In this document: in pieces, positions 49,850 through 62,693 of the stretch | Layout: every line of letters begins with the position of its first letter | How positions within the stretch are numbered: the stretch's first letter is position 1 | Assembly (NCBI GenBank): GCA_950097015.1 | Contig: CATNEN010000038.1 | Span: 10,230,001 to 10,294,000 of the forward strand | DNA from: Macrostomum hystrix | Taxonomy: Eukaryota > Animalia > Platyhelminthes | DNA length: 64,000 bases | Reading direction: 5' to 3' | Made by a program: the position numbers and the translations under genes | The notes under the pieces: model-generated | What the model was told of the DNA's origin: nothing | The model's database searches: none | What the model saw: only the letters and a program-made list of their open reading frames with translations

Positions 49850-50545
49850 TGTCACCGTACCACACTGGGACAAGTCTCCTTACCACACTGGGACAAGTCA
49901 CCTTACCACACTGGGACAAGTCACCTTACCACACTGGGACAAGTCACCTTACCACACTGGGACAAGTCACCTTACCACACTGGGGCAAGTCACCTTACCA
50001 CACTGGGGCAAGTCACCTTACCACACTGGGGCATAGTCACCTTACCACACTGGGACAAGTCACCTTGATTAAATGACACTTCACCTTACCACACTGGGGC
50101 CAGTCACCTTGATTAAATGACACTTCACCTTACCACACTGGGGCCAGTCACCTTGATTAAATGACACTTCACCTTACCACACTGGGGCCAGTCACCTTGA
50201 TTAAATGACACTTCACCTTACCACACTGGGGCCAGTCACCTTGATTAAATGACACTTCACCTTACCACACTGGGGCCAGTCACCTTGATTAAATGACACT
50301 TCACCTTACCACACTGGGGCCAGTCACCTTGATTAAATGACACTTCACCTTACCACACTGGGGCCAGTCACCTTGATTAAATGACACTTCACCTTACCAC
50401 ACTGGGGCCAGTCACCTTGATTAAATGACACTTCACCTTACCACACTGGGGCCAGTCACCTTGATTAAATGACACTTCACCTTACCACACTGGGGCCAGT
50501 CACCTTGATTAAATGACACTTCACCTTACCACACTGGGGCCAGTC
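49850..50545. repeat. Compound minisatellite, 23-bp unit switching to 44-bp unit
   Basis: (gtcaccttaccacactgggacaa)n then (gtcaccttgattaaatgacacttcaccttaccacactggggcca)n. Confidence 0.95.
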
Positions 50546-50792
50546 CCAAAGTCCAAAAATTAGATGTATCGGAATAAAAAATTATCAATCACTTCAAAAC
50601 CAGGTTGATTCGATCGGGACTAGATTAATCTAGCTCGTAGAATGTTTATTTGACAAATTAGTTTGATCAATTTGATAGCAGCTGCAGCTGATGTCTGTAG
50701 GCTTTTAATTAGGCTTCATTTCCTAATTAGGAGCTAAAGGTGTTTTCTAGAATCACAGGTTCGTCAGATCAATTTATAAAGTACATTTAGAG

Positions 50793-51471
50793 CAGGGGTC
50801 GGCAAACTCCGGCCCGCGGGCCAGATGCGGCCCTCGAAGCTCCCAAATCCGGCCCGTTGCCCCTTCTGACATCTAAAGTGTCCTGTCTCATCTCTCCTGT
50901 TTCTCAACACTCCCGTGTCTAATCTCTCCCGTGTCTCATCTCTCCCGTGTCTCATCTCTCCCGTGTCTCATCTCTCCCGTGTCTCATCTCTCCCGTGTCT
51001 CATCTCTCCCGTGTCTCATCTCTCTCCCGTGTCTCATCTCTCTCCCGTGTCTAATCTCTCCCGTGTCTCATCTCTCCCGTGTTTAATCTCTCCCGTGTCT
51101 CATCTCTCCCGTGTCTCATCTCTCCCGTGTCTAATCTCTCTCGTGACTAATCTCTCCTGTTTCTCATCACTCCCGTGTCTAATCTCTCCCGTGTCTCATC
51201 TCTCCCGTGTCTCATCTCTCCCGTGTCTAATCTCTCCCGTGTCTCATCTCTCCTGTGTCTAATCTCTCGCGTGTCTCATCTCTCCTGTGTCTCATCTCTC
51301 TTGTGTCTAATCACTCGCGTGTCTCATCTCTCCCATGTCTCATCTCTCCCGTGTCTCATCTCTCCCGTGTCTCATCTCTCCCCTATCTCATATTTATACA
51401 GTCAATGCGGCCCGCTGTCGTCTTTTAGGTTCTCTCTTTGGCCCGCCAGCAAATAAGTTTGCCTACCCCTG
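50793..51471. mobile_element. Non-autonomous hAT (Charlie/MER-like) MITE with internal 18-bp minisatellite
   Basis: TIRs caggggtcggcaaact / agtttgcctacccctg; perfect 8-bp TSD atttagag (50785-92 and 51472-79); subterminal cggccc/gggcc motifs; interior ~50880-51385 is (tctcccgtgtctcatctc)n. Confidence 0.92.
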
Positions 51472-51484
51472 ATTTAGAGTTAGT

Positions 51485-52711
51485 TTAGCCATCCAGTGAG
51501 TGTCTCAGAACAACCATCGGCACAACATTTTGTTGGCCGTTCTGGCGACCGTTTAACTGCTGCTGCTGCCTTCGCCTTCGAGTCTGACGCTGGCGTCGAC
51601 GACGTCCGGCTTGAGTGCGACGCAGCACCGCCGTACGGAATGTGCGGCTAGCGTACATGTAGATGAAGAAGTTGCAGGTGGAGTCCAGGTTCACGCACAG
51701 GTTGCTCAGCTCTAGGGCGTAGGCCATGAAGGTGTCCCAGAACTGGCTGTGCTCCGGCAGCTGGGTGCCCAGCAGCACCACCAGGAAGGAGGGCGACTCC
51801 AGACAGACGAAGGCGGCTAGAAGGGCTCGGACCATCCGCGTGGCCTTGCAGCAGTAGCGCGAGGCGCTGCCTGCCTGACGACGCAGAGCCAGCGTCATGG
51901 CAACGGAGGCCACAGCAACCAGACAGACCGGCAGAACGGCCTGCGCCACTAGGGAGGCCAGCCAAAACTCGGCATAGCTGGGAAACGGCTGCCGATGCAG
52001 CTTGGCCACAATCTGGTTGCTAGCCGGGCAGTAGGCGAAGGCTTCCTGGAACATCTTGGGCAGCGCGAAAGCCAGGCCGACTGCGAGCATGCCGGCGTGC
52101 GCCATCAGGATCTGACGCCGGCCACCGGCGCAGAAGCAGCGGCAAATGCGGCGACAGAAGCTGCCGCAGTGGGCTCCTCTGGAGCCGAACCTGCCACTAT
52201 TTCCACTGCTGTCTTCGTCGCTGATGACACCCAGACCGGATGAGCGAGCGAACGGTCTCAGGACGACCTGGCAGCGGGCCAGGGCGATGGCCACAACGCA
52301 CCAGTTGCGGGTTAGCAGGAAGGCGTTGGCCGTCAGCCAGGCGATGGACAGGAAGGTGACGAGACTGCGCGCCGACTCAGACGACGAGTAGCTGACGCGT
52401 GTTCGAAGCACCTCAGTGCAAAGGCGAACAAGTTCAACGCTCGTCATCCCGGAGATGGCGAAAATCTCTGCGGTGCTGAGGAGCAGCAGCAGCAGGCGCA
52501 CTGTGGCGTCCCGATGCCGGTGTCGCAGGAATACAAGCAGGCTGATGCTGTTCAACGCAAGGTTGACCAGGCCGACCATCACGAAGATGGCTTTCAAAGC
52601 GATTCTCGGACTGACAATGCCCTCGACTGCGCCATCCTTGCTGACCACATAGGGCAGCGTGTCGTTCTCAGAAATCGAACAGTTGTCCTTCAGTAGCACA
52701 AGTTCGAACAT
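51485..52711 (-). CDS. Intronless orphan rhodopsin-family (class A) GPCR, peptide-receptor-like, 408 aa
   Basis: Seven hydrophobic segments; N-glycosylation sequons in the N-terminus (NCS, NDT); TM1 GLVNLALN; TM3 RNW...ALARC in place of DRY; TM6 FVCLESP; TM7 NLDSTCNFFIY; helix 8 SRTFR. Splice acceptor (ttgccag) 7 nt before the ATG. Confidence 0.88.
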   Translation of the reverse strand: MFELVLLKDNCSISENDTLPYVVSKDGAVEGIVSPRIALKAIFVMVGLVNLALNSISLLVFLRHRHRDATVRLLLLLLSTAEIFAISGMTSVELVRLCTEVLRTRVSYSSSESARSLVTFLSIAWLTANAFLLTRNWCVVAIALARCQVVLRPFARSSGLGVISDEDSSGNSGRFGSRGAHCGSFCRRICRCFCAGGRRQILMAHAGMLAVGLAFALPKMFQEAFAYCPASNQIVAKLHRQPFPSYAEFWLASLVAQAVLPVCLVAVASVAMTLALRRQAGSASRYCCKATRMVRALLAAFVCLESPSFLVVLLGTQLPEHSQFWDTFMAYALELSNLCVNLDSTCNFFIYMYASRTFRTAVLRRTQAGRRRRQRQTRRRRQQQQLNGRQNGQQNVVPMVVLRHSLDG

Positions 52712-53674
52712 TTCTAGACTGGCAACAATTAAATTGATTGCTATGCAGTGTAAGCTCTGTCCTGCTCTGGTGGCTCAGGCGGGTGGAAAGAAGCAGGATG
52801 AGATAGGATTGAGTACGAGGGAGAGGAATTGAGAAAATATTTACGAGTACTGGAGGCTGCACCGCAAGTTGAGCAGGTTTGGGCGACTTAAAGGGAAGGC
52901 CTGATTGGACGGAAGCCTTGCCAGGATGATTTCGACTAATCCAGTCCTTTTAGCAGCCCTGCAAAACTGTGTAGAGATTGGCTGGGAATTAGGCGAATTA
53001 CTGCAATATACATGTTGGGAGAGAGTGTGACTTCAGTTTGAACCTTTGAAACTCACACTTAATCACGTCGCCATCTGTGCAAATCCTGGAATAGCTGAGG
53101 ACTAGAACAGTTAAGGCTGGGGAGCAGCTAGGTTTGTTAGCTATCAGATAGAATACCCTGTTCCCATAGGAATGTGCATACTGAGCAATCACTGTATGCA
53201 TCACTGCAGCAGATTATTGATCCTAATGAGCTATACTCAACGCATTTAGCACCTGCTCTCTTAATACCTCTCAATGTATTAACAGATGCACTCGGGCTGT
53301 AGGACTGTACGTGACTGAGCCCAGAGTAAAATAGAGCCGTGAGTAGCTCATTAGAATCTGGCTTGAGCCGCTGGGTCATTCGGCATAACAGTGAAGTTAA
53401 TTACAATCGTACGTGGCACTATTTCATTTCAATTTGTTTTAGAAAAGTCGTAAGGACGCTAACTCGGTGTAGGATTAAAAATCTGATAGACAAATCTGAT
53501 CTGGCAAATACATTTTGTATCAGCATCCTAGATAATTAGAGAGTAGTATATTTCTATTTATAATCTCGCACATTTCTTGAAGGAATCAACCACTACCACG
53601 TTTCTCCAAAGCCCCACAGGCTTTAAGAGCGATACACTTTTGCAATATCTCTAATACTACTATTATATTTGCAG

Positions 53675-54830
53675 GAGGACCTGGACATTGGAGTGCAGAC
53701 ACTAAAAGACCTGGACATTGGAGTGCAGACGATGAAGGACCAGAAGATTGGAGTGCAGACGATGAAGGACCTGGAGATTAGAGTGCAGACACTGAAGGAC
53801 AGACAGACTTAAGTGCAGACACTGGAGGACAGACAGACTGACTGTGAGTGCAGAAACTGAAGGACAGACAAACTGACTGTGAGTGCAGACACTGAAGGAC
53901 AGACAGACTGACTGTGAGTGCAGACACTGAAGGACAGACAGACTGACTGTGAGTGCAGACACTGAAGGACAGACAGACTGACTGTGAGTGCAGACACTGA
54001 AGGACAGACAGAGAGACTGTGAGTGCAGACACTGAAGGACAGACAGAGAGACTGTGAGTGCAGAAACTGAAGGACAGACAGACTGACTGTGAGTGCAGAC
54101 ACTGAAGGACCTGGACATTGGAGCGCAGACACTGAAGGACCAGAAGATTGGAGTGCAGACGATGAAGGACCTGGAGATTAGAGTGCAGACACTGAAGGAC
54201 AGACAGACAGACGTGAGTGCAGACACTGAAGGACAGACAGACTGACTGTGAGTGCAGATACTGAAGGACAGACAGACTGACTGAGTGCGGATACTGAAGG
54301 ACAGACAGACTGACTGTGAGCGCAGACACTGAAGGACCCGCAGACAGACTGTGAGTGCAGACACTGAAGGACCAGAAGATTGGAGTGCAGACGATGAAGG
54401 ACCTGGAGATTAGAGTGCAGGCACTGAAGGACAGACAGACAGACGTGAGTGCAGACACTGAAGGACAGACAGACTGACTGTGAGCGCAGACACTGAAGGA
54501 CCCGCAGACAGACTGTGAGTGCAGACACTGAAGGACCAGAAGATTGGAGTGCAGACGATGAAGGACCTGGAGATTAGAGTGCAGACACTGAAGGACAGAC
54601 AGACAGACGTGAGTGCAGACACTGAAGGACAGACAGACTGACTGTGAGTGCAGATACTGAAGGACAGACAGACTGACTGAGTGCGGATACTGAAGGACAG
54701 ACAGACTGACTGTGAGCGCAGACACTGAAGGACCCGCAGACAGACTGTGAGTGCAGACACTGAAGGACCAGAAGATTGGAGTGCAGACGATGAAGGACCT
54801 GGAGATTAGAGTGCAGGCACTGAAGGACGC
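53675..54830. repeat. Complex 30-38-bp minisatellite with larger block duplications
   Basis: Core gagtgcagacactgaaggac with variable spacers. Confidence 0.94.
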
Positions 54831-54834
54831 ACAT

Positions 54835-55015
54835 TCAAATACTGCACACGCTCTCACTGTGTCATGGGAGGTTGGCCCCCACGAGCCGAAAATTGTATGA
54901 CAAGCTTCGAAGACCTCTCCACGGCTGTACTCTAAAGTAACGTGGCCTCGCCGCGAAATCGAACTGTAGGGATCTTGGTGCGAGAAGCAAGCGCGTTAAC
55001 CGCTGTGCCACTCGC
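54835..55015 (-). mobile_element. SINE family A 5' part with tRNA-like head, running into a minisatellite
   Basis: Reverse complement gtggcacagcggttaacgcgcttgcttctcgcaccaagatccc..gttcgatt..ggccaacctcccatgacacagtgagag matches 59576-59735. Confidence 0.8.
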
Positions 55016-55869
55016 ACTCGAAAAGTAATAAGGCATAAATCAAAATATTCATTTTAGCGATTGCTTCTTTAGTTCAAGATATCAGTTTAAGCAAAGCTGA
55101 ACTGTGTTTTTAAAGATCCATCTTACCAGGCAGTCACGAGCATCAAAGAGAAGAGGAAAGGGGAGGCGGAGAGCATAGTTTAGTGTGACGCACGAGCATC
55201 ATCCGTACAAAGGATTAAGCAGCTGCATCCGAAAATCAGAAGTAGGCTGCGGTATCTTTGCATAGGATGGAGCCTTTTCAAAAGGCGCATGAGCCAATTC
55301 AATGAAGGCTTGCCATTAAGAGCGCCACTAAAGTGGTCGTGGACTTTTACTCTTTGCATAGAAAAGAAGAGCTGGTTTAGTATAGTGGATGAAAAAAGTG
55401 CACAGAAATTGAAGTGTGGCGAATCTTGCACAAGCAAGGATAAAGTGGCCCCAGGGCAGTGTGCTGGTCGAGCAATCCTGCGGTTTGAGTAGCGCATCGT
55501 GATATTGTGGCTGGTGGACGAAATGCACTGGACTTTGACTCGTGAACACTGCTGCGAGTATTGAGTACACATAGCACCTGGGCGTTTCAATAGCTGCACC
55601 AAATTGTAGCTGTGGGAAATACCTATGAGCCTTTTGAGGGCGGCAATTGGGAACGGACGTGACGTCACTCTCGAATCGCGGCTGCACAAGCACATGCTGC
55701 AGTCTAAATTGTTCTCTGTAAATGTTTTAGTCCAGAGGTGTGAAGGCAGGCAAAAGTCACATGTTTTCACACGTGGCGGTCTTAAATTAATGTTTAATGT
55801 TTAACTTAAATTACAATGGGTGCTCAAATTAAACGCAAGTTGTTTTAAATAACTTGAACGCAGCTTCTA

Positions 55870-56167
55870 TCGAAAATGCCATAGACAATAAGCGATGCCA
55901 ATGAGAAAGACCCGGGTTTTCGTATTCTTTATTTGAATTTACGCTCGTAGCTTTCGTCGAAAATGCCATAGACAATAAGCGATGTCAGTGAGAAAGACTC
56001 GGGTTTTCGTATTCTTTATTTGAACTTACGCTCGTAGCTTTCGTCGAAAATGCCATAGACAATAAGCGATGTCAATGAGAAAGACTCGGGTTTTCGTATT
56101 CTTTATTTGAACTTACGCTCGTAGCTTTCGTCGAAAATGCCATAGACAATAAGCGATGTCAGTGAGA
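55870..56167. repeat. 87-bp tandem repeat (~3.4 copies)
   Basis: cgaaaatgccatagac at 55871, 55958, 56045, 56132. Confidence 0.95.
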
Positions 56168-56614
56168 ACAAATTTTGTGTTCTAGAATAGAAAGCAGTTT
56201 TTTTCTAACTGAGAATATAAAACGCAATATATATAGCTCGTATATGAGAGATATGAAGTTCAGAGTTCGGAGTGGGTTCTTGGGTACCACGAGATGCCCA
56301 GCAAAAATTTGGCTTGTTAATAATTAAAAACAAAGAGATCTGTGACACAAATGTAATTGGGCTGTGTGCTATCAGAAGGTATTATAAATTCACTCGATGA
56401 AATTTTCACAAACTTGTGAAGGTCGACACTGATGCTGAGAAATGTGTTTAAGAAAATCGAAAATGACTGCATTTCGTCCCAGTTAATCAGCTAAAAGAAT
56501 TGCAACAAGAAGTGAAGCACGTCGCACGCTCGGTCGAAACAAGTTGCAAAGTTAAGAAACAAGGCCATATTAATCTGAGATCATGTGATAAGGCCACTGT
56601 AGGATATGTAGATT

Positions 56615-57220
56615 AGATTGCAGACACTGAAGGACCCGGAGATTGGAGTGCAGACACTGAAGGACCCGGAGATTGGAGTGCAGACACTGAAGGACCCGGA
56701 GATTGGAGTGCAGACACTGAAGGACCCGGAGATTGGAGTGCAGACACTGAAGGACCCGGAGATTGGAGTGCAGACACTGAAGGACCCGGAGATTGGAGTG
56801 CAGACACTGAAGGACCCGGAGATTGGAGTGCAGACACTGAAGGACCCGGAGATTGGAGTGCAGACACTGAAGGACCCGGAGATTGGAGTGCAGACACTGA
56901 AGGACCCGGAGATTGGAGTGCAGACACTGAAGGACCCGGAGATTGGAGTGCAGACACTGAAGGACCCGGAGATTGGAGTGCAGACACTGAAGGACCCGGA
57001 GATTGGAGTGCAGACACTGAAGGACCCGGAGATTAGAGTGCAGACACTGAAGGACCTGGAGATTGGAGTGCTGACACTGAAGGACACGCAGACAGACTGT
57101 GACTGCAGACACTGAAGGACACGCAGACAGACTGTGAGTGCAGACACTAATGGACACGCAGACAGACTGTGAGTGCAGACACTGAAGGACAGACAGACAG
57201 ACTGTGAGTGCAGACACTAT
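56615..57220. repeat. 30-bp minisatellite, same family as 53675-54830
   Basis: (gattggagtgcagacactgaaggacccgga)n, nearly invariant over ~13 copies. Confidence 0.96.
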
Positions 57221-58439
57221 AGATTGTTGCTTTTGCCAGTTGTTTATCCCTACCAGAGACAAAAAGTGCTTGCCTAGCTTTTCTGTGACGAATGGTAAGC
57301 GACGTGGACTGGAACCATAGCAACTGTTAGAAACAAAGACAGACAAGTTGCAGAATTCGCTTTAATGAACCAAAGCGTCACGAAATTTTTAGAAAATTGC
57401 ATCGCAAAATCTCGCTGCTTAGTAACTGGAACGGTTTCAACTCCGGCAGTTGCGCGTTTTTGCCACACTGTCCCTTAGGCTTAGATACTGAAATCCAGAA
57501 ATAGAATCAAGTTCTGGCAGTATTAATTTGGTTAATAAAGCACCGCTGTGTTGACAAGCTTGCCTCAATTTTTTTTGTTAAAATCACTAACACAAGAAAA
57601 TCAACGCAAATAAACAAAATGAATTTTAGTTGAATTTATTATTAAAACAAATGAGAAAACTGAGCAAACTTTAGCGAGAGATAAAGAAAATGGAATACTT
57701 CTGTCCACTGAGCAAGGCTAACTTGGAGATAACAAAAAACTTGCTCTGAAATCTACTCTATTCGGCCGTTTCTTTCAATCAGAAAGATTAGACTGGTATC
57801 GACCATCATATCGACCAACAATGGCCAAAACAACTCACAGAATCACAAAACATCTGGTATTCGGGATATTTCGTTAGTTTCCTTTAGCGGATTCCGTAAT
57901 TGAGAAACTGCCGAAATGATCAGATAACAATAAGAATTAATTTTAATAAAAAAATATGCAAGTGGAATTTTACGGAAGACAATCAGGAATTGTAATATTA
58001 TTCTAATCTACGAATGATTAGCAACACGGAGTGGCGCGCACTTAAAAAATAGTACAAACGGAGCATCACAATGTATCATAGTTATTTATAGTTCATTCGG
58101 AAACAATTAGCCCGATAAAATGCTTGCCTGCGGTGGCTAAACCCTGGAAGCAACAGTTTTTCACCTAAAAATCGATAATATCAACAAAGGCGCAGCCAAT
58201 TAGAAAACAAAAGAGAGACTCATTTGAAGGAATTGGACGATGGAGAGTTGCTTTCGTCATGGCAATCTTTAACTTTAATAGATTTTCAACACCTTAGCGT
58301 GCTAACACAGCACGGCAATGGAAAATGAACATTTACAAATGAGCAGAAAGGATTTTAGGACGATATTTGTCCCTAACAATTGGTAGATTCAAGATCTGGG
58401 GAATCAGATTTGGAACTTTCTTTAAATAAATCAGATGAA

Positions 58440-59047
58440 TAGGAATCTTCCAAAACCAATCACATGGAACAGGAATCTTCCCAAACCAATCACATGGAAC
58501 AGGAATCTTCCCAAACCAATCACAAGGAACAGGAATCTTTCCAAACATATCACATGGAACAGGAATCTTCCCAAAAAACCTGATGGATCAGGAATCTTCC
58601 GAAATAAATCTAATAGATCAGGAATCTTCCCAAACTTTTCACATGGATCAGGAATTTTCCAAAAATGATGGATCAGGAATCTTTCATATTAAATCTATGG
58701 ATCAGGAATCTTCCAAAAATGTTTGATCAGAAATCTTCTAAAAAAATCTGACGGATCAGGAATCTTCCCAAATAAATCTGACGGATCAGGAATCTTCCCA
58801 AATAAATCTGACGGATCAGGAATCTTCCCAAATAAATCTGACGGATCAGGAATCTTCCCAAATAAATCTGACGGATCAGGAATCTTCCCAAATAAATATG
58901 ATGGATCAGGAATCTTCCCAAATAAATCTGACGGATCAGGAATCTTCCCAAATAAATCTGACGGATTAGGAATCTTCCCAAATAAATCTGACGGATCAGG
59001 AATCTTCCCAAATAAATCTGACGGATTAGGAATCTTCCCAAATAAAT
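58440..59047. repeat. 30-bp minisatellite
   Basis: (ggatcaggaatcttcccaaataaatctgac)n. Confidence 0.93.
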
Positions 59048-59123
59048 CAGTACCCTCTGCACCCATGGCACCCTTACCCAATGGGCAGCAAGGGGATCAG
59101 GCTTGTGAGTAGGCAATATTCTA

Positions 59124-59562
59124 CTATCTGATTTCGTATCCCAGTCCGAAATGCCCCAGCTGGGGTTGCAGCAGCTCCAGCTGAGCCTTGAGCTGGGCAA
59201 CTTCGCACCGCAGGCCGGCTAGCAGACCCGGGTAGGAGCCGCACAGCTCGCAGACATCGACGGTGACGCCGTCGCCTGAGCAGTCGCCCTCGCCGTTATC
59301 CTCCTGGTTGGGCGTCGGCTCCTGCTCCGGCTGCTGATGTATTAGAAGCTGACGGCGAAGCCGCAGCAGCATCAGCTTGATGCCGGAAACTTCGTGCCAC
59401 AATTGGCGAACATCTAGCATCGGCGAATGCGGCCCGGCGACTGCTGCCGGCATGGCAACCGTTGCCACGGGTGAGGAAGCAGAGCGGTGCCGCTCCCAAA
59501 GGCGGGGAGGCGGTGGCGGCGGCTGATCGTTGCAGTCAGAGTCTGCGCCTGCGCTGTTGTCG
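59124..59562 (-). CDS. Probable terminal coding exon of a coiled-coil protein (CCSER1/2-like motif)
   Basis: GC-rich open frame after acceptor ccctttcag (59563-64). LWHEVSGIKLMLLRLRRQL and LRCEVAQLKAQLELLQ resemble the D...VKT.LLKLKRLL plus coiled coil of CCSER proteins (from memory). Possible upstream exon 62928-62783 has a matching phase but a weak donor. Confidence 0.5.
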
Positions 59563-59569
59563 CTGAAAG

Positions 59570-59785
59570 GGAGTCGGTGGCAGAGCGGTTAACGCGTTTG
59601 CCTCTCGCACCAAGGTCCCTGAGCTCGATTCCGTGGCAAGGTCACAATATTTTGGGGCGCAGGCGTGGATAGAAGGCTTGGAGGCTTGGAGGCAATTTAC
59701 GCCCTTGAGGGCCAACTTCCAATGCACAGTGAAGTGTACACTGCCTGACGATGAGAAGTCAGGGCGGATGCACACACCTGTGTGA
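59570..59785 (+). mobile_element. SINE family A 5' half with tRNA-like head
   Basis: A box tggcagagcgg, B-box-like gagctcgattcc, then gtgtacactgcctgacgatgagaagtcagggcggatgcacacacctgtgt overlapping the 3470 copy. Confidence 0.8.
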
Positions 59786-59808
59786 TTACTATGGAGATAA
59801 AAAAATTT

Positions 59809-62693
59809 GGATTCTAGAAACAGTCTTTGGGGATATCTAAAGATGGGATTCTAGAAACAGTCTTTGGGGATAGCTATAGATGGGATTCTAGAAACAGTCT
59901 TTGGGGATAACTAGAGACGGGATTCTAGAAACAGTCTTTGGGGATAACTAGAGACGGGATACTAGAAACAGTCTTTGGGCATAACTAGAGATGGGATTCT
60001 AGAAACAGTCTTTGGGGATAACTAGAGATGGGATTCTAGAAACTGTCTTTGGGGATATCTAGAGATGGGATTATAGAAAGAGTCTTTGGGGATAACTAGA
60101 GATGGGATTCTAGAAACAGTCTTTGGGGATAACTAGAGATGGGATTCTAGAAACTGTCTTTGGGGATAACTAGAGATGGGATTCTAGAAACAGTCTTTGG
60201 GGATAACTAGAGATGGGATTCTAGAAACAGTCTTTGGGGATAACTAGAGATGGGATTCTAGAAACTGTCTTTGGGGATATCTAGAGATGGGATTCTAGAA
60301 ACAGTCTTTGGGGATAACTTGAGATGGGATTCTAGAAGCAGTCTTTGGGGATAACTAGAGATGGGATTATAGAAACAGTCTTTGGGGATAACTAGAGATG
60401 GGATTCTAGAAACAGTCTTTGGGGATAACTAGAGATGGGATTCTAGAAACTGTCTTTGGGGATAACTAGAGATGGGATTCTAGAAACAGTCTTTGGGGAT
60501 AACTAGAGATGGGATTCTAGAAACTGTCTTTGGGGATATCTAGAGATGGGATTCTAGAAACAGTCTTTGGGGATAACTTGAGATGGGATTCTAGAAGCAG
60601 TCTTTGGGGATAACTAGAGATGGGATTATAGAAACAGTCTTTGGGGATATCTATAGATGGGATTCTAGAAACAGTCTTTGGGGATATCTATAGATGGGAT
60701 TCTAGAAACAGTCTTTGGGGATATCTATAGATGGGATTCTAGAAACAGTCTTTGGGGATATCTAAAGATGGGATTCTAGAAACAGTCTTTGGGGATATCT
60801 AGAGATGGGATTCTAGAAACAGTCTTTGGGGATATCTACAGATGGGATTCTAGAAACAGTCTTCGGGGATAACTAGAGATGGGATTCTAGAATCAGTCTT
60901 ATGGGGATAACTAGAGATGGGATTCTAGAATCAGTCTTATAGGGATAACTAGAGATGGGATTCTAGAAAGTCTTTAGGGATAACTAAAGATGGGATTCTA
61001 GAAACAGTCTTTAGGGATAACCAGAGATGGGATTCTAGAAACAGTCTTCAGGGATAACCAGAGATGGGATTCTAGAAACAGTCTTCAGGGATAACGAGAG
61101 ATGGGATTCTAGAAAGTCTTTAGGGATAACTAGAGATGGGATTCTAGAATCAGTCTTCGGGGGATAATTAGAGATGGGATTCTAGAAACAGTCTTTGGGA
61201 ATAACTAAAGATGGGGTTATAGAAACAGTCTTTGGGAATAACTAGAGATGGGATTCTAGAAACAGTCTTTGGGAATAACTACAGATGGGGTTATAGAAAC
61301 AGTCTTTGAGAATAACTAGAGATGGGATTCTAGAAACAGTCTTTGGGAATAACTAGAGATGGGATTCTAGAAACAGTCTTTGGGGATAACTAAAGATGGG
61401 ATTATAGAAACAGTCTTTGGGAATAACTAGAGATGGGATTCTAGAAACAGTCTTTGGGAATAACTAGAGATGGGATTCTAGAAACAGTCTTTGGGGATAA
61501 CTAAAGATGGGATTATAGAAACAGTCTTTGGGAATAACTAGAGATGGGATTCTAGAAACAGTCTTTGGGAATAACTAGAGATGGGATTCTAGAAACAGTC
61601 TTTGGGAATAACTAGAGATGGGATTATAGAATCAGTCTTATAGGGATAACTAGAGATGGGATTCTAGAATCAGTCTTCGGGGGATAATTAGAGATGGGAT
61701 TCTAGAAACAGTCTTTGGGAATAACTAAAGATGGGGTTATAGAAACAGTCTTTGGGAATAACTAGAGATGGGATTCTAGAAACAGTCTTTGGGAATAACT
61801 ACAGATGGGGTTATAGAAACAGTCTTTGGGAATAACTAGAGATGGGATTCTAGAAACAGTCTTTGGGAATAACTACAGATGGGATTCTAGAAACAGTCTT
61901 CGGGGATAACTAGAGATGGGATTCTAGAATCAGTCTTATGGGGATAACTAGAGATGGGATTCTAGAATCAGTCTTATGGGGATAACTAGAGATGGGATTC
62001 TAGAATCAGTCTTATAGGGATAACTAGAGATGGGATTCTAGAATCAGTCTTATGGGGATAACTAGAGATGGGATTCTAGAATCAGTCTTATGGGGATAAC
62101 TAGAGATGGGATTCTAGAATCAGTCTTATAGGGATAACTAGAGATGGGATTCTAGAATCAGTCTTATGGGGATAACTAGAGATGGGATTCTAGAAACAGT
62201 CTTTGGGAATAACTAAAGATGGGGTTATAGAAACAGTCTTTGGGAATAACTAGAGATGGGATTCTAGAATCAGTCTTCGGGGGATAATTAGAGATGGGAT
62301 TCTAGAAACAGTCTTTGGGAATAACTACAGATGGGGTTATAGAAACAGTCTTTGGGAATAACTAGAGATGGGATTCTAGAAACAGTCTTTGGGAATAACT
62401 AGAGATGGGATTCTAGAATCAGTCTTATGGGGATAACTAGAGATGGGATTCTAGAATCAGTCTTATGGGGATAACTAGAGATGGGATTCTAGAATCAGTC
62501 TTATGGGGATAACTAGAGATGGGATTCTAGAATCAGTCTTATGGGGATAACTAGAGATGGGATTCTAGAAACTGTCTTTGGGGATATCTAGAGATGGGAT
62601 TCTAGAAACAGTCTTTGGGGATATCTAGAGATGGGATTCTAGAAACAGTCTTTGGGGATAACTAGAGATGGGATTCTAGAAACAGTTTTTGGG
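59809..62693. repeat. 37-bp satellite, 2.9 kb
   Basis: (gggattctagaaacagtctttggggataactagagat)n. Confidence 0.97.

Noticed and set aside
55180-55770. 196-aa ORF / possible transposase remnant
   Set aside because: No recognisable motif in any frame and no termini found.
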